A DNA stretch of 64,000 bases from the human T2T-CHM13v2.0 reference genome, Homo sapiens: NCBI RefSeq assembly GCF_009914755.1, contig NC_060943.1, one strand, 5' to 3'. The stretch's first letter is position 1. Each line of letters opens with the position of its first letter. A model generated the notes under the pieces. The model was given only the letters and a program-made list of their open reading frames with translations. It did not search any database and was not told where the DNA came from. Positions 1 to 17,209 of the stretch are shown one piece after another. Made by a program: the position numbers and the translations under genes.

Positions 1-266
1 GCACTTTGGGAGGCCAAGGTGGGTGGATCACCTGAGGTCAGGAGTCTGAGATCAGCCTGGCCAACATGGCAAAACCCCGTCTCTACTAAAAATACGGAAA
101 CTAGCCAGGCATGGGGGTGCATCTATAGTCGCAGCTACTCAGGAGGCTGAGGCACAATAATTGCTTGAACCCGGGAAGTGGAGGTTGCAGTCCGCCAAGA
201 TTGCACCACTGCACTCCCACCTGGGCAACAGAGTGAGACTCTGTCTCAAAAAAAAAAAAAAAAAAG
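1..266 (+). mobile_element. Alu (cut by window start)
   Basis: Alu consensus plus poly(A). Confidence 0.95.
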
Positions 267-386
267 TGAATGAAAAGGATATAAAAGTAGAAAAATAGCA
301 TACACAGAAGCCATGGGGCTTATCTAGTGATCTAGCCCCCTGCTACTCAAAGTGCAGTCATTCATGGAATACAGCAGTAACAGCAT

Positions 387-1200
<814 letters not shown>

Positions 1201-1547
1201 CCCCAGCAGCCGCTTGGTAGGTGTGCTCACTCCCAGACCCATGCCAGACCAACCAAATCAGATTCTGTGCATACAAGAAGAGTTCCACCTGCTTTGTTTG
1301 CAAATTAGGTTTGAGAAATACTGTTTTAAATCACAAATGTGACACTGTTTTGAGCAGGTGGAGCAGGGAAAGAGTAATTACATTTAGAGAGCTCCCTCTG
1401 GCTGCCGCGTGGAGGTTGGATTAGAGGGCTCAAGAGTGGTGGTCCAGTAGAAAGAACCAAAAAAAAAAAAAAAAAAAAAAATGGATGAATTGAACATTAT
1501 CAAAATTCCAAACCTGTGTACATCAAAAAACACTATTGAAAATAGAT

Positions 1548-1873
<326 letters not shown>

Positions 1874-2072
1874 TTAGGAGAAAATAGTTGCAGAAATATA
1901 TCTGATAAGGCTCTAGTATCTAGAATATATAAGGAACTTTTACAACTCAACAATGTAAAGACAAATATTAATAGTTCAGTTACAAAATGGGCAAAGAACT
2001 TGAATAGACATTTCCCCAAAGAAGATGTACAAGTTATTATGCCAATAAGCACATGAAAAGATGCTCAACATT

Positions 2073-2870
2073 TGTGTCAGTAGGGTTCTTCAGAAAAACA
2101 GAATAAATTATATATATAGCTAAGTTATACGTATAATTTAATTAAGTTATGCGTATAATTATATATATAATTTATTCTGTTTTTCTGGAGGACCCAATTT
2201 ATATATATAAATTGGCTCATGTAATTATGGAAGCTGAGAAGTCTCACGATCTGCCATTTGCACGCTGGAAATCGGGAAAGCTGGTGGTGTATTCAGTCCA
2301 AGTGTGAAGGCTTCATAACCAGGAGTGCAAATATCTGAGGTCAGGAGAAGATGGATGTCTCAGCTCCAAACAAATTCCCCCTTTTCCCCTCCCCTCCCCT
2401 CGCCTCCCCTCTTCTTTTTTTTTTTTTGAGACAGAGTCTCGCTCTATCGCCCAGCCTGGAGTGCAGTGGCGCGATCTCGGCAACCCCTCCGGGGTTGAAG
2501 CGATTCTCGTGTCTCAGCCTCTCGAGTAGCTGGGATTACAGGAGCGCGCCACATGTCCAGCTAATTTTTCTGTATTTTTTAGTAGAGGGGATGTTTCACC
2601 ATGTTGGCCAGGCTGGTCTCAAACTCCCGTCCTCATGTGATCCACCCACCTCGGCCTCCCAAAGTGCTGGAATTACAGGCGTGAGCCACAGCGCTTAGCC
2701 AGAAAATTTTAAACATTACCCATGTTTTGGTTGTGCTTCTACTGGGCTCCCACCGGCTGTGATGCCCTGTCTCCACCAGGTGGCGCCAACACACCCCTGC
2801 AGCCCCTCCAGCCAAGGCAGACTGGACACTGAGGGGCAGGACCCGACTATGAGGTCCTTTGAGGAAGCAG
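2073..2870 (-). mobile_element. MLT2-type LTR with Alu insertion
   Basis: tagggttcttcagaaaaacagaa...ttggctcatgtaattatggaagctgagaagtc. Confidence 0.6.
2415..2700 (-). mobile_element. Alu
   Basis: poly(T) plus reverse Alu. Confidence 0.9.
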
Positions 2871-2951
2871 GTCCTTATAGAGGGCGTCGTTGAGACAGGC
2901 TATTCCCACACAGGGGGCTCCTGTTGAGAGAGAAAGTCCAAGTTCTGGTGA

Positions 2952-3403
2952 GCGGGAGACAGGCAGGAATAATCACTCCTAAAGCTACCCATGTCACAAT
3001 CCCTGGAACCCGTGAATGGTAACTTTTATGGCAAAAGGGCTCTGCAGTTGTTAAGGATATTGAGGTGGAGAAATTCTCCTGGGTTATGTGGGTGGCCCTC
3101 AATGGAATCCCAAGTGTGCTTGCAAGAGAGAGACAGAGGGAGCCCTGAACACAGAGAAGGTGAGGATGTGATAACAGAAGTAGGAGGGTGAGTGGTGTCA
3201 GGAAGGGGCTGGAGCGAGGGATGCAGCAGCCTCTAGAAGGTGGAGAAGCAGCACAGATGCTCCCTGAGGCCACCAGGTCAGTACAGCCCTGCTAGTACCT
3301 TCAGTTGACACTTCTGACTCCAAAGCCATAAGGACATCAATTTGTGTGGGTTTAAGTGACAGATTTGTGGCCACCTGTAGCAACAGCTACGAGAAACTCC
3401 TAC
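2952..3403 (+). mobile_element. MLT1 LTR
   Basis: ggcaggaataat...ccctggaacccgtgaat...tagcaacagctacgagaaactcctaca. Confidence 0.65.
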
Positions 3404-3686
3404 AGGCAGGAACGGGGGGCAGAGGCAACGGTAATTTTCCTATTAAATATAACTTAAGCTAAAATGAAAATATCAGCAATAGAACTGATGAGACTGTGGG
3501 ACAGCTGGAGCAGTCACACAGGTGCTGGGAGTGCGTGCTGGTACAAGGGCTTTGGAAAACCCTGTGGAAGTGTGTGTGACCCTGAACATACGGTATCTGG
3601 GAGCCAGCAGTTCCCCTCCTGGGCATATACTAAAGAGAAAAAGAGAAACACGTGTAGGCGCTCACCAAAGACACCTACTAGAATAG

Positions 3687-4033
<347 letters not shown>

Positions 4034-4212
4034 ACAGCAGCCCAATCTTAATAGCTTCAAACAGGAAGTTACCCAAATGCCCATCAGCAGGAATGGTGGT
4101 GTCCCACCCCTTCCATTGAGAGTGGGGTCTGTGTGCCAGTCCCCTGAGTATGGGTGGGCTTGTGACTTCTAACACTAATAAGTGTGGGGAAAGTGAACTG
4201 ATGTGACATCTA

Positions 4213-4576
<364 letters not shown>

Positions 4577-4984
4577 TCAGGATCACCATGTTGGAGAGGT
4601 CATGTGTAGGGCTCAGGTGACTGTCCCAGCTGAGCCGAGCCTTCTGGCTGTCCCCACCATAGTTTCAGACCTGTGAGTCAAGAATCATCTTATACATAGA
4701 GGCCTCATCCCCAGCTGTTCCAACCCTGAGCTTTTCAGTCACCCTGAGCCATTCGCCTCACCCCTGCGGAGGCTTTAGCATCATGGAGCAGAGACAAAAC
4801 TCCTTGGGTTTGACTTTTCAGAATTTTTGATCCACAGAATCATGGAATTGTCACACCATTTAGTTGGGAGTGGGGTTGTTACATAGCAGCAAATAACCAA
4901 ACACAAATAATAAATAAGTTATGGGATAGTCATGCAATGGAATGTTTACACAGTATCTACTTGTAGATGATATGTCTTCTCCCT

Positions 4985-5237
4985 CAAACAGAAAGTAAGG
5001 GTTCAAGAGCTAAGCTATGAAGATGCAAAGGCATAAGAATGATACAATGGACTTCAGGGACTCCGGGGGAAAGGGTGGGAAGGGGGTGAGGGATAAAAGA
5101 CCACAAATTGGGTTCAGTGTATACTTCTCAGTTGATGGGTGAACCAAAATCTCACAAATCACAACTAAAGAAATTACTCATGTAACAAAATACCACCTGT
5201 TCCCCAAAAACTTATGAAAATAAAATTTAAAAAAAAA
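4985..5237 (+). mobile_element. L1 3' end (old L1PA/L1PB)
   Basis: gagctaagctatgaagatgcaaaggcataagaatgatacaatggac...A tail. Confidence 0.75.
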
Positions 5238-5240
5238 TCA

Positions 5241-5645
<405 letters not shown>

Positions 5646-5770
5646 TTAAATCTGTTATATATATGAAATTTGTGCCCGGGCATGATATTGGTTTTGATTA
5701 TTTTTATTTGCTTGAGAAGTATACCTAGGTTTTTCTTTTTTTCTTTTTCCTTTTTCTTTTTTTGTTTTGA

Positions 5771-5947
<177 letters not shown>

Positions 5948-6440
5948 TGACACACTTGGCTGTCCACACTTCTTGGCCTTACAGACACTGTGCTCTATAA
6001 CATGACTCTTAGGTCTCTGCAGGGCAGCCCCCACTTGTTGCAGGCTGACGCTGCTGCCTCCTCCTCAGGCCCACCTTGCTTCCCATGGCATAGTGCTGGC
6101 CTTAGCCACTCCCAGATACTTTCATCACACTGGTGCTATGAAGCCCTGCCCTGTAACTGTCCCCTGCTTTGAGCTTTGACCTATGAAAAATGACCATCAC
6201 TTGCATCTCAGTGATGCTAGTGTCCCTCTCACTACCGCAGTGCTCACCAGCCCTCCTCACCATCCTAGTCAGCTACTGGGTTATTTTCTTCTGTAAAAGG
6301 CACGTTCTGGCCTGGCGCGGTGCTGCAGACCATCAGCACCTCTGTGATGAGGTGCTCACTGCCATCTTGTGGTGGGGGGGGGTCATCTAAACCCAGAAGT
6401 GATTGTCACGGTTGGCTTTCTAGAATCTTTGCTGGAATCA

Positions 6441-6806
<366 letters not shown>

Positions 6807-8340
6807 GATGCATTGCAGGAGTGCGCTGGGGAGCTCGAGGAAAGCAGCGAAGACCAGATCTGGCTGGAGACCCTCTTAAGTCTGATCCCAGGGAGGCTCT
6901 GGAGCATGCACCGCAGCACAGAAGGGGCCTCACCTTGGTCGCTCTTATATCTCTGTGCTAGCGTGTCCCTGGCTGTTGGCTGTTCTCAGGAAGGAGGTGA
7001 ATAGCAACCACCTGGACCAGGTGACTGCCCTTCAGCTGAGGTCAAATCTCTGCAGGAAAATCATCTATGAGGTAGGAATGAGCATCCTGGAGAAGGGGAC
7101 CTGAGCAGTGCACCCACAGTAATTCCTACACTGTGTAAATGTCTTTAAAGAAAAGTCCAGGGCTGGGCATGGTGGCTTATGCTTGTAATCCCAGAACTTT
7201 GGGAGGCCAAGGTGGGGGGATTGCTTGAGCCTAGGAGTTTGAGGCTGCAGTGTGCCATGATTGCACCACTGCACTCCAACCTGGGTGACAGAGTGAGACC
7301 CTGTCTCTAAACAAAACAAAAAACAAAACAAAACAACACCCCCAAACCCCCAGAACATCCTGTTTTGAGCAGGCCTATGCAAATTTACTCCCAAAGGCCA
7401 AAGAAGCTGAGAGTCTGAAGAAGAGGCTGACAAATCAAATTTCTGAAGTACAAACATTTAATATTGCTTAAAGAAGAGCAGGCATGTTTGGGTGGCAGGG
7501 AGATGAGATGGTGGAATCCCACACTGTTACCTCCCAGACCCAAGGCTTACATGCAATAGGATAGAATGGTATAAAAGCCCTTTTATACTGTGGGTTATAC
7601 AAGGAATTGAAGTTGATTGCTTAGAAGAAGAGAAGGATTTGACTAAGGGCAGGGTTTAGGTGAAAGTAGTAACTGTAGGCACATTTCTGGAGCTGGCTTT
7701 CATCAGAAGTCAATTTGGCAGGTGAGCATCCAAGATGAAGTGTCCTTATTCTCCACACTCCATCCCCCTAATTCGGCTCTTACAATCTCACGCGCCTTCC
7801 TCTTCCAAGATGGTCCCTGAGCCTTTAGGCAGGGAGGTTGGGGTGAACATGCTGCATCAATGTGTTTTCTACTTTTTTAAGCAGAGGCCACAGCAACACT
7901 ACAGCAGGCTTTGTAGAAATCATCAGCAGCCTTTGTAGAAACAGCAGGCTTTGTAGAATCATCTTCAGAATACTGTGATTTTGGTTAATTCAGAAGTACT
8001 ACAATGAAAGATCTATAACATTAATAATTTGAATAGTAGGAATAGAATGCACACAGGATTACAATAAAAATTGTTGTTGCATTAGAAGCCAACTAAAACT
8101 ATCATAAAGAAAAAGAAAACCCATTTATTCCTTGGATACTTGTAGTCAGGAAATAATTCAGAATTTAGACCAAATTGCAGGTAAATAATAAAAACCTCAA
8201 AAACAATGTTTAGGGCTAGAATCTAATAACAGGTGTAGTATAGTTTTCTTCTGAAACCTAATTTTTTTTATCTTCAGTTTCCACATTTCTATGAAGGATA
8301 AATTGTAGTAGGACCAATTTATTTGCAAAATAAATTTTAA

Positions 8341-8656
<316 letters not shown>

Positions 8657-10313
8657 GTGGCCTGATTATTTGCAATAATGTGTAGAAAGAATAGTGATTG
8701 GCCATATAGCCTCTTTTAAAATTGGCTTTGCTGGACCTTTCACAAGTAATTTTGGACTAGATGTTTAGAAACATCAAGGGCAGGAAGCAAAACCAATAAT
8801 TTGCCATCAGACTGTGCTTGTAGTACCTGTATAACCATGCAACATGTTCTTCTTGCCCATTGCACAGACAAAACCAATTTACTGAGTCCGTGGTATTGCA
8901 GTAGAGAAGGTTTAATTAAATCAGAGCAACCCAAGGGGTAGGACTGGGATTATTAATCAATCTCCCTAATAACTCAGAGGCTAGGATTTTTATGGATAAT
9001 TTGGAAGGCAGGGGGCTAGGGAATGGTTGCTGCTGATTGTTTGAGGATGAAATCATAGGGGTGTGGAAAATGGTCCTCATGCACTAAGTCCATCTCTGGG
9101 TGGGGGTCACAGGACTGGAAATCTCAGGACCTCTGGCCATGTGACTCCTGAGAAGCAAGAGATTATAGAAAGGCAAGCTGTGGGACAATGACTTGTTATC
9201 AGTCAGCTACACCTGCATTTTAGCAGAATTCAGGCCCCTCTCATAATCTTAATCTTGTGGGCTTTCATTTGTCATACAAAGGTAGTTTCAGTCCCTGAGC
9301 AAGGAAGGGGTTCATTTTAGGGAGAGACTATTATCATCCGTGCTTCAAAGTTAAACTATAAACTAAATTCCTCCCATGGCTAGCTTGGCCTATGCCCAAG
9401 AGTGAGCAAGGGCAGCCAGCCTGAGGCCAGACACGAGATGAAGTCAGCCATGCTGGACTTCTCTCATATTCATAATCTTTGCAACAGCAATTTCACCTGT
9501 ATGAACTGGGTGAATTCCCCCATCTTCTTGAGATCCCTACATAACTTGAGGTTCCTGAGCCTGTCAGAAAGTGACATTCTTTACTTTCCACAGGTGAGGG
9601 ACCTTAAAAGGAAAGCATATTGAAAATATACCCAGTCTTTTTTTCTCCAAGAAGATTCTTATCAGCTCCATAAAGTCAACTTCAATTCCTCAAATAAGTC
9701 GTATTTGAATTCATTCCACTGTAAGCCTTCAAAGAGTAATGAGTATCTCCAATGGTTCCTGTTACGAAAGAAAACCGAATCTGATTGAGCTTGTGCCAAT
9801 AATTATATTGCCATAAGTAAAAATACTCACAAATAGTTTCCAAATTTTGGAGAATTCTTACAGGGAGAAAGGTCAGTTTCACTCACAAAAGTATACTTGG
9901 TCAATTGCTGTTAGTTATAAATAGCTCAAAAGAAAGGTTTTCCTGATGCTTCTTCTAACAGAGTGGCAGTCTTCCAAACAGGATGTTGTCTGTTCACTTT
10001 GGAATTGCTATCCAGAGAGCAAGCAGCTCTTTGTCGGCCAGGCGAGAGCTGTTTATTAGGCACTGTAGAATCTAGCAGCATCTCGAGATGGAGCAGGGAC
10101 CCCTCTTAGGGGCTTACTCGATCACCATCAGCCAGTATGGAGATAAAGGAAAATCTTGACTTCCTTCAAGGGAAATTCCAGGCATCTAGCTAGGCTTGAG
10201 AAGTAAATGAGCAACTTGATCAACGAGAAGGTAATGGTAACTTAAAACAATAGCCAAGGAAATTGGAGTCGTAACATATTTGGTTCCCTGTGAAAACTAA
10301 AGATAACATCTTA

Positions 10314-10586
<273 letters not shown>

Positions 10587-11587
10587 TTACTCTCATCATC
10601 CAGTTACTCTCATCATTCATTTTAGTAAAGGCTCCTCCAGAAGCTGATAGCAGTCTCACTCAGATTGTACCCTCTGGTTTCTGTACTTTGTTTTGCTCCT
10701 CCCCAACAGTTACTAGGTTCTTGGTAACCACAATTCTCAGAAGTACTTTCTATTGTCCCTACATGATTTGGTCTTTGGGAGGTGGCTCTGAGCTAGTGGC
10801 TGAGACTCACATTCACTGAAATCTAAGCTTAGTGTAGCATCAAGATTGAAGCCAGCACTCTGTTTTAATTTTACTTTAGCTATGACAGGTAACAATAACT
10901 ATGGGATTGAATATTACCCTTTTTTCTTATTTTGTTTGCATTTTCTTAGGCATCCAGTAAACTGACTCCTCCAAGAGTTGGATTCATTTCTAAATTCCCC
11001 AGCAAACTTTACCTTCAGTAACTGTGGCTCTGTGCCATGGGTAACTACATGGCCACTCAGGAATCAGAGGTTCCTCATTACTCACCTTTTTATTTTTTTG
11101 CTTTCTATACATTTAATTGTATCTATATCATTGTGAAAGAAAACAGAATCTCCAGGCCCCCAACTCACTATGGCTAAGGGCAAGTGAAGTTTGGAAACGT
11201 AGTCACACAATCCTGCTTTCTTTTTTCCCCAAACACATAGCTGTAATTTCACAACCCTGCGTCATTGCCGTATCATTGGGGTAAACGAGAATATCCCAGT
11301 GACACAAGGACACATATCTTCCCAGATGGCTTTCCTCATAAGTTGCTCACATGGAAATTCCTTGTGAGCCCCTAACTCTTTCAGGAGAAATATTGTAAAC
11401 AAAAAGTAAAATTCTAATCCCCCCAACCAACCGAATAGAGCCCCTTCTTGTCCAAGGGTATCCCCTGCAAACCTGAAAAACTAATTCAGGTCACGATGAG
11501 AAGGCAGGGGGTCAGACACACCTCATTATATTTCTTCCCTTTGGAGTTCATGCAAAGTGACCAGCACTAACATTAAAACAGAGATCC

Positions 11588-11885
11588 TGGCTGGGCACAA
11601 TAGCTCACATTTGCAGTCCCAGCACTTTGGGAGGTCGAGGTGGGCAGATGACACGAGGCCAGGAGTTCAAGACCAGCCTGGCCAACAGGGCAAAATACCA
11701 TCTCTACTGAAAATACAAAAATTAGCTGGGTGTGGTGGCGCACACCTGTAATCCTAGTTACTTAAGGGGCTGAGGCACGAGAATCACCTGAACACAGGAG
11801 GCAGAGGTTTCAGTGAATGAAGATCGCACCACTGCACTCCAGACTGGGTGACAGAGTGAGACCCTGTCTCAAGAAATAAGAGGAA
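11588..11885 (+). mobile_element. Alu
   Basis: Alu consensus. Confidence 0.9.
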
Positions 11886-12095
11886 AAAATAGAGATCCCA
11901 ACAGTGACGGAACAGACTCTTTGTTGCAATAAGATAACCGACTCCAACCTGACTCTGGTATAGCATCACATAATAGATAACATTCCCTAAAGGAAATCAA
12001 AGTATTTTATCCCCAAATGTATTTCTTTGACATATTTTGGAATGGCCCTGCAAAGCCATCTCTTATTGGGGAAATCTATAGAGCATCCTCTTCCT

Positions 12096-12321
12096 GGCTT
12101 GGCACGGTGGGTCACGCCTATAATCCCAGCACTTTGGGAGGCTGAGGTGGGCAGATCACAAGGTCAGGAGTTTGAGACCAGCCTGGCCAATATGGCAAAA
12201 CCCCATCTCTACTAAAAATACAAGAAAAAAAAATTAGCTGGGTGTGGTGGTGTGCACCTGTAGTCCCAGCTACTCGGGAGGCTGAGGCAGAAGAATTGCT
12301 TGAACCTGGGAGGTGGAGGTT
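12096..12321 (+). mobile_element. Alu, 3'-truncated at satellite border
   Basis: Stops at ggtggaggtt; no tail. Confidence 0.9.
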
Positions 12322-15300
12322 CAAGCAATTGTATATTTAGGATATTACAAGTATCCTGGATTAAGTAATATCCTGGATATTAGGAACCATATTATAAGGA
12401 GGGTGGACACCTTTTTCGATATGGGGAGTAATATTATGCTCTCCCCCCAGAATATTATGAACAATTTCACAAGGGGGGTGTACACATCCTGTGACAATGG
12501 GAGTAATATCATCCTCTTTAAAAAAATATTAGTATCGATATCATGGAGGGGTGTACACGCTCTGCAATATTGGGAGTAATATTATTCTCTTTTTCCCCGG
12601 ATATTCACAAGAATGTCACAGAGGTGGTGTACAATTCCTGTGATATTGGGAGTAATATATTCTCTCCCCCTAGATATTAGAAACAATATCAAATGGTGAG
12701 TGTACACACTCTGTGAAATTGGGAGTAATGTCATCCTCTTCCCCCTGGATAGTAAAAACAATATTACTGGGGGTTGTGTAGACTTTCTGCGATATTGGGA
12801 GTAATATCATCCTATCCCGCCCTGGATATTAGGATCAATATTACAGAGGGTGTACACCCTCTGCGATATAGGGAGTAATATCATCCTTTCCCCCCGAATA
12901 TTAAAATCAATATCACAGAGGAGTATACACCTCCTGTGATATTGGGAATAATATCATCCTCTCCCTTCCCTGTACGTTAGAAACAATATCACAAGGGGTG
13001 TGAACACCTCCTGTGATATTGGGAGTAACATCACCCTATTATCTTTGGATATTAGGAGCAATATCACCTTGGGGGTGGGCACCTTCTGTGATATTGGTAG
13101 TAATATTATTCTCTCCCTCCCTGGATATTAGGACCAATATCACAGAAGGGGTTTACACCTTTTCTGATATTGGGAGCAATATTATCCTCTTCTCTTCTGG
13201 ATATTAAAAACAATATCAAAAGGTCAGTGTACAGCCCCTGTGATATTGGGAGTAATATCATCCTTTTTCCCCATAAATATTAAAATTAATATAATTTTCT
13301 TCCCCCTGGCTATTAGGCACAATATCACAAGGGTGTGTACACCCCCTTCGGTATTAAGCGTAATATCATCCTCTCACCCCCTGGTTATTAGAAACAATGT
13401 CACGGGGGAGTGTACATCCCCTGCGATATTGGGAGTAATATCATCCCTACCTCCCTGGATATTAGAAACAATATCACAAGGGAGTTGTAAGCTTCCTGCG
13501 ATATTGGGAGTAATATTATCCTCTCCCCTTCTGGATATTAGGAACAATATCACAGGGAAAGTGTACACCTTCTGTGATATAGGGAGTAATATCATTTTCT
13601 CCCCCACTGGATGTTAGAAACAATATCACAGGGAAGGTGTACAGCCCCTGCCATATTAGGAATAATATCATCCTCTCCCCTCATGGATATTAGGAGCAAT
13701 ATCACAGGGGAATGTACACCCCTTGCGATATTGAAAGTAATGTCATCCTCCCCTACTCTGGATATTAGGAACAATATCACAGGGGTTGTGTACACGCCCT
13801 GCAATATTGGGAGTAATATCATTCTCTCCCCCACTGGATATTAAAAACAATATCACAGGGGGTTGTACACCCCCTGCAATTTTGGAAGAAATATTATCTT
13901 TTCTCCCCGTGTATATCAGAAACAATATCACAAGGGGGTGTACACACTCTGCGATATCGGGAGTTACACTGTCCTCTTTCCCCATACATATTAGGGACAA
14001 TATCAATACGTGGGTGTACATCCCCTGTGGTATTGTTCTTAATATCATCCTCTGCCCCCCTATATAATAAAAACAATATCACAGGAAAGGTGTACATTTC
14101 CTTTGATATTGAGAGTGATATCATCCTCTTTCCCCTTAGATATTATAAACAATATCACAGGAGGGGTGAACACCCCCTGTGATATAGGGAGTAATATCAT
14201 CCTCTACCGCCCTGAATATAAAGAGTAATATAACAGAGGGGGTGTACACACTCTGTGATATTGACAGTAATATAATTCTCTGCCCCCCAGATATTAGGAA
14301 CAATATCAAAAAAGGGGTGTACAACCCCTGTGATATTGGGAGTAACATCCTCTCCTTCCCTGGATATTACAAACAATATCACAGGGGAATGTACACCCTC
14401 CCCTGTGTATGGGGTAGTAATATAATTATCTCCCCCACTAGATATTAGAAACAATATCACAGGGAAACAATATCACTGCGATATTGGGAGTAATACTATT
14501 TCTCCCAGCCCGAGTATTAGAAACAGTATCACAGGGGGAGTGTACACTCCCTGCAATATTGAGAGTAAAACCATCCTCTCCCCACTTGGATATTAGAAAC
14601 AATATCACAGGGAAGGTATACGTCCCCTTAGATATTGGGGGTAATAGCATTCTCTTTTTTCCTGGGTATTAGGAGCAATATCACAGGGGTGGTGTACACC
14701 CTGCAATACTGGGGGTAATATCATTCTCTTCCCTTTTGGATATTAGGAACAATATCACAGGGAAAGTGTGCACCTTCGGCGACATTAGGAGTAATATCAT
14801 ACTCTTCCCTCCTTGATATTAGCAACAACGCCACAGGTTTACATCCCCTGTGATATTGGGAGTCATATCATCCTCTTTTCCCCTTGATATTAGAAGCAAT
14901 ATCACAAAGGGTGTATTCATTCCCTGCTATACTGGGAAGAATATCAACCTCTTTTTTTCCCCTGGATATTAGGAATAATATCCCAGGGGGAGTGTACCCA
15001 TTCGGCTATATTGAGAGAAATATCACCCTCATTTCCCCTGGATATTAGAAACAATATAAAAGGGGGGGGGGTGTACACTTCCTGTGATATTGGGATTGAT
15101 ATCATCCTCTTCCTTTTTGGATATTAGGAACAATATCACAGGGGGGTGAACACTCTTTGTGATATGGAAAGTAATATTATCCTCTCCCCCCCTGGATATT
15201 AGGAACAATATCAAAGAGGGCATATACATCCCCTGCGATATTGGGAGTAATATTATCCTCTCCCCCCCTAAATCCTAAATATTAGGAGCAATATTACAGG

Positions 15301-15523
15301 GTGGAGTTTACAACCCTTGCAATATTGGGAGTAATATCACCCTCTCCTCCCCTGGATATTAGGAACAATATCACAGGGATGTGCACACCCCCTGCAATAT
15401 GGAGAGTAATATCATTCTCTCCCTTCCTGGATATTAGGAACCATATCACAGGTGGGGTTCACAACCCCTGTGATATTGGGAGTAATATCATCTTCTTTTT
15501 TTCTGGATATTAGGAACAATGTC

Positions 15524-16480
15524 TATTGGGGGAACTAGCCCCCAATATTTCAAAGTAGGTTCTTTTCTATTTTCCTTAAGTGTCACCTGGTCTGAGAAAT
15601 AAAGCGAAAGAGTACGAAAGAGAAATTTTACAGCTGAGCCTCCGGGGTGACATCACATATCGGCAGGTTCTGTGATGACCACCTGATCTGCAAAACCAGC
15701 AAGTTTTTATTAGGGACTTCAAAAGGGGAGGGGGATACGAATAGGGAGTGGGTCACAGAGATCACATGCTTCAAATGGCAATAAAAGATCACAAGGGCAG
15801 AAGGGCCTAGCAAGGTCACAAGGCCAGGGAGAAAATGGAATTACTATTGAGGTTCCATGTCCTGCTGTGCACGCATTGTCATTGATAAACATCTTAACAG
15901 GAAACGGGGTTCAAGAGCAGAGAACTGGTCTGACTAGAATTCGCCAGGCTGGAATTTCTAATCCTAGCAAGCCTGAGGGCACTGCAGGGGACCAGGGTGT
16001 ATTTCATCCCTTATCTTCAACCACATAAGGGATACACCCCCAGAGCGGCCGTCCATAGGCCTCCCCTAGGAATGCGTTCCCTTCCCAGTGATATTTCTCC
16101 TACTCATTTTCTGCAATAAGAAAAATGTGACTCTGTTCTGCCCAGCCCCACAGGCAGTCAGACCTTATGCTTATCTCCCTTGTTCGCTGAACATCGCTCT
16201 TATCCTGTTCTTTTTCAGGGTGCCCAGATTTCATATTGTTCAAATACACATGTTTTATAAACAATTTGTGGAGTTAATGCAATCATCACAGGGTCCTGAG
16301 GCGACATACATCCTCAGCTCACAAAGATGATGAGATTAAGAGATTAAAGTAAAGACAGGCATAGGAAATTATAAAAGTATTGATTGGGGAAGTGATAAAT
16401 GTCCATGAAATCTTCACAATTTATGTTCAGAGATTGCAGTAAAGGCAGGCATAAGAAATTATAAAAGTATTAATTTGGGG
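15524..16480 (-). mobile_element. MER11-type (ERVK-class) LTR, 5'-truncated, inside satellite
   Basis: Starts tattgggggaactagcccccaatatttc (reverse of MER11 3' end); internal ggcataggaaattataaaagtatt repeats. Confidence 0.75.
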
Positions 16481-16706
16481 ATAATATCCCTGTAATATCC
16501 CTGGATATTACAAACTTTACCACAAAGGGGTGTACACCCCCTGAGATATGGGGATAATTACACCTTCCCTCCCCCCTTGATTTTACGATCCATACTACAA
16601 GGGGGTGTACACTCCCTGCAATATGGGGAGTAATAGCACCTTCTCCCCTGCTGGATATTACGAACCACAGGGGGGTGTACACCCCCCTTGATATGGGGAG
16701 TCATAG

Positions 16707-17209
16707 TGTAGCAGGAGGAGTCGCGGACAAAACCCCACAGACACCGAGGTAGTGAAGGAAGTGGCTTTTAATCAGCTGGAAGCATCGAAAGACTAGCGTC
16801 TCAAAATCCGAGCTTGTTGAGTGCACAATTTCTGTCCTTTTTAAGGGCTCACAACACTAAAGATCTTACATGAAAGGGCCATGATTGATTGAGCAATCTA
16901 GTGGGTATGTGACAGGGGCTGCAGGCACCGGTAATCAGAGTGAAACAGCACAGAACAAGAAATTTCACAATGTCCTTCCATACAATGTCTGGAATCTATG
17001 GATAACATTGGTTGCTAGGTCATGGGTTGAATTTTAACTATCAGGCTAAGGTCAGGCAGGCCCAGGCCTGGTTTCGGGTCTGGTTTTGGGTCTGGTGCCT
17101 GGCGCCGGGCTGCCTGCTTTTGGTTTCACTTCCTTGTTTCTTCTTAAAACAGGTACTGAGTATAAAATAATATAGAACAATATGGGGGGTCTCTTTCTCT
17201 CTTCTTTTG
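16707..17209 (-). mobile_element. Solo ERV1 LTR (LTR6-like) inside satellite
   Basis: tgtagcagga...gacaaaac terminus; 4-bp TSD ATAG (16703-16706 / 17210-17213). Confidence 0.75.
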
